A stretch of 64,000 bases of DNA from Polyangiaceae bacterium (lineage in GTDB: Bacteria; Myxococcota_A; Polyangia; Polyangiales; Polyangiaceae): positions 32,001 through 96,000 of the forward strand of contig JBILLK010000006.1 of NCBI GenBank assembly GCA_044376115.1. Reading direction: 5' to 3'. The notes beneath the pieces are model-generated. The model was not told the origin of the DNA, searched no databases, and saw only the letters and a list, made by a program, of their open reading frames with translations. This document shows positions 63,014 through 64,000 of this stretch, in pieces. How positions within the stretch are numbered: the stretch's first letter is position 1; the number at the start of each line of letters is the position of its first letter. The position numbers were made by a program, and so were the translations under genes.

Positions 63014-64000
63014 TCGCCGAAGTCTCCCCGAATTCCAAGGCTGGGCAAGATGGGCAAGCCGTTGACGTAGTTGCGGGCGGTGAAGTTGAAGTTGTAGCCC
63101 ACCGCCTCGGTGTTCTGGTTGTTGTAGACGTTCTGCACGTCGAGGTACGCCGCCAGTGACCAACCGTCGAACTTCCACTTCTTGTCGACGCGGATGTCGA
63201 GCGCGTGAAATGGCGGTAGCCGCTCGCTGTTGAGTCCAATCGGGATTTGAACGTACGAACCGGAGGGCGCGTAGTAGAGCGAGTTGGTCCGGTTCGGGTC
63301 ACAGCCTTGCGAGAGCGGATTGCAAACGCTCGGGTCGATCAGGTTGCCCGAGATGAAGCGAAAGCGCCCGCCGATCTCCCAGCCGTGTCCCAGCTGGTAG
63401 CTGCCGAGGACCGTGAGAATGTGCGTTTGGTCGAAGGAGACGGGCACCTCGGGCTCGCCAGGCTCGGTTTGGCGCACGCTGCGTGAGAGCGTATAGGCGA
63501 GCCAACCGAAGAACCTCTCATCAGGCTTGTAACGCAACAGCAGCTCGCCGCCGGCCGCATATCCGAGCGAACGGTTGTCATAGAAGATGCTGCCCGAGCT
63601 CGCGGTGGAGGCGTTGCCAATGACGACGTTGTCGAGCTGCTTCACGAATCCTTCGAGCGATACGTCGAGCTGCTGCGTGAGGTCTTGCTCCATGCCGAGT
63701 GCGTAGTGAATGGCGCGGTTGGAGCGCACGGACGGCGTGCCGATCGGGGCAATCGCTTGCTGAAAAGCGGGCGGCTGGTGGTACACGCCGACGCCGGTCT
63801 TGAGCGTGGTCTTGGGGAACTCACGGGCGAGACCGAAGCGCCCAGAGAAGCGTGGGCTCACCGTGATCTCGTTGTTGTAGGTGGCGTCGTCGATGCGCAG
63901 GCCGGGCACCAGGCGAATCCCAGGCAGAGGCTCGATCTCGAGCTCGCTGAAGATGCCCGGCTGGCACACGACGCTTTGCGACTCAAAGTCGCGGAACGGC
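63010..64000 (-). CDS. TonB-dependent outer-membrane receptor, C-terminal barrel (truncated by the right edge)
   Basis: SPRFSGR, GVYHQPP, GWLAYTLSRS, FDQTHIL, LDIRVDKKW, YLDVQNVYN, GLPILPSLGIRGDF. Confidence 0.92.
   Translation of the reverse strand, partial: PFRDFESQSVVCQPGIFSELEIEPLPGIRLVPGLRIDDATYNNEITVSPRFSGRFGLAREFPKTTLKTGVGVYHQPPAFQQAIAPIGTPSVRSNRAIHYALGMEQDLTQQLDVSLEGFVKQLDNVVIGNASTASSGSIFYDNRSLGYAAGGELLLRYKPDERFFGWLAYTLSRSVRQTEPGEPEVPVSFDQTHILTVLGSYQLGHGWEIGGRFRFISGNLIDPSVCNPLSQGCDPNRTNSLYYAPSGSYVQIPIGLNSERLPPFHALDIRVDKKWKFDGWSLAAYLDVQNVYNNQNTEAVGYNFNFTARNYVNGLPILPSLGIRGDFGE

Overview
GC-rich, densely coding bacterial DNA with typical myxobacterial (Polyangiaceae/Sorangiineae-like) content. 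It has about 40 genes: two eukaryote-type Ser/Thr kinase + TPR-PEGA cassettes, an ECF sigma factor coupled to a giant FecR-VIT-vWA-TPR protein, an orphan cheR-cheB pair, two tandem DUF2169-pentapeptide genes, Cys- and Gly-rich lipoproteins, GH31, P450, a GT41 (SPINDLY/OGT-like) fusion, TRAP dctQ/dctM, ltaE, mepA, an NTT-HEAT transporter with a cNMP-binding partner and the 3' end of a TonB-dependent receptor. I saw no rRNA, tRNA, CRISPR array or transposase. Three things stand out. (1) A small membrane-protein gene (57668-58033, minus) has an in-frame TGA followed 11 nt later by a hairpin resembling the E. coli fdhF SECIS, making it a candidate unannotated selenoprotein that the ORF track truncates. 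(2) A translationally coupled pair encodes an output-less Cache-HAMP sensor and a prokaryotic pentameric ligand-gated ion channel (37527-39790). (3) A dispersed, structured intergenic repeat occurs twice (about 10.4 kb and 56.9 kb), with terminal inverted repeats, cGAAg hairpins and compensatory base changes. All functional calls come from recognising motifs by eye; no database searches were run.
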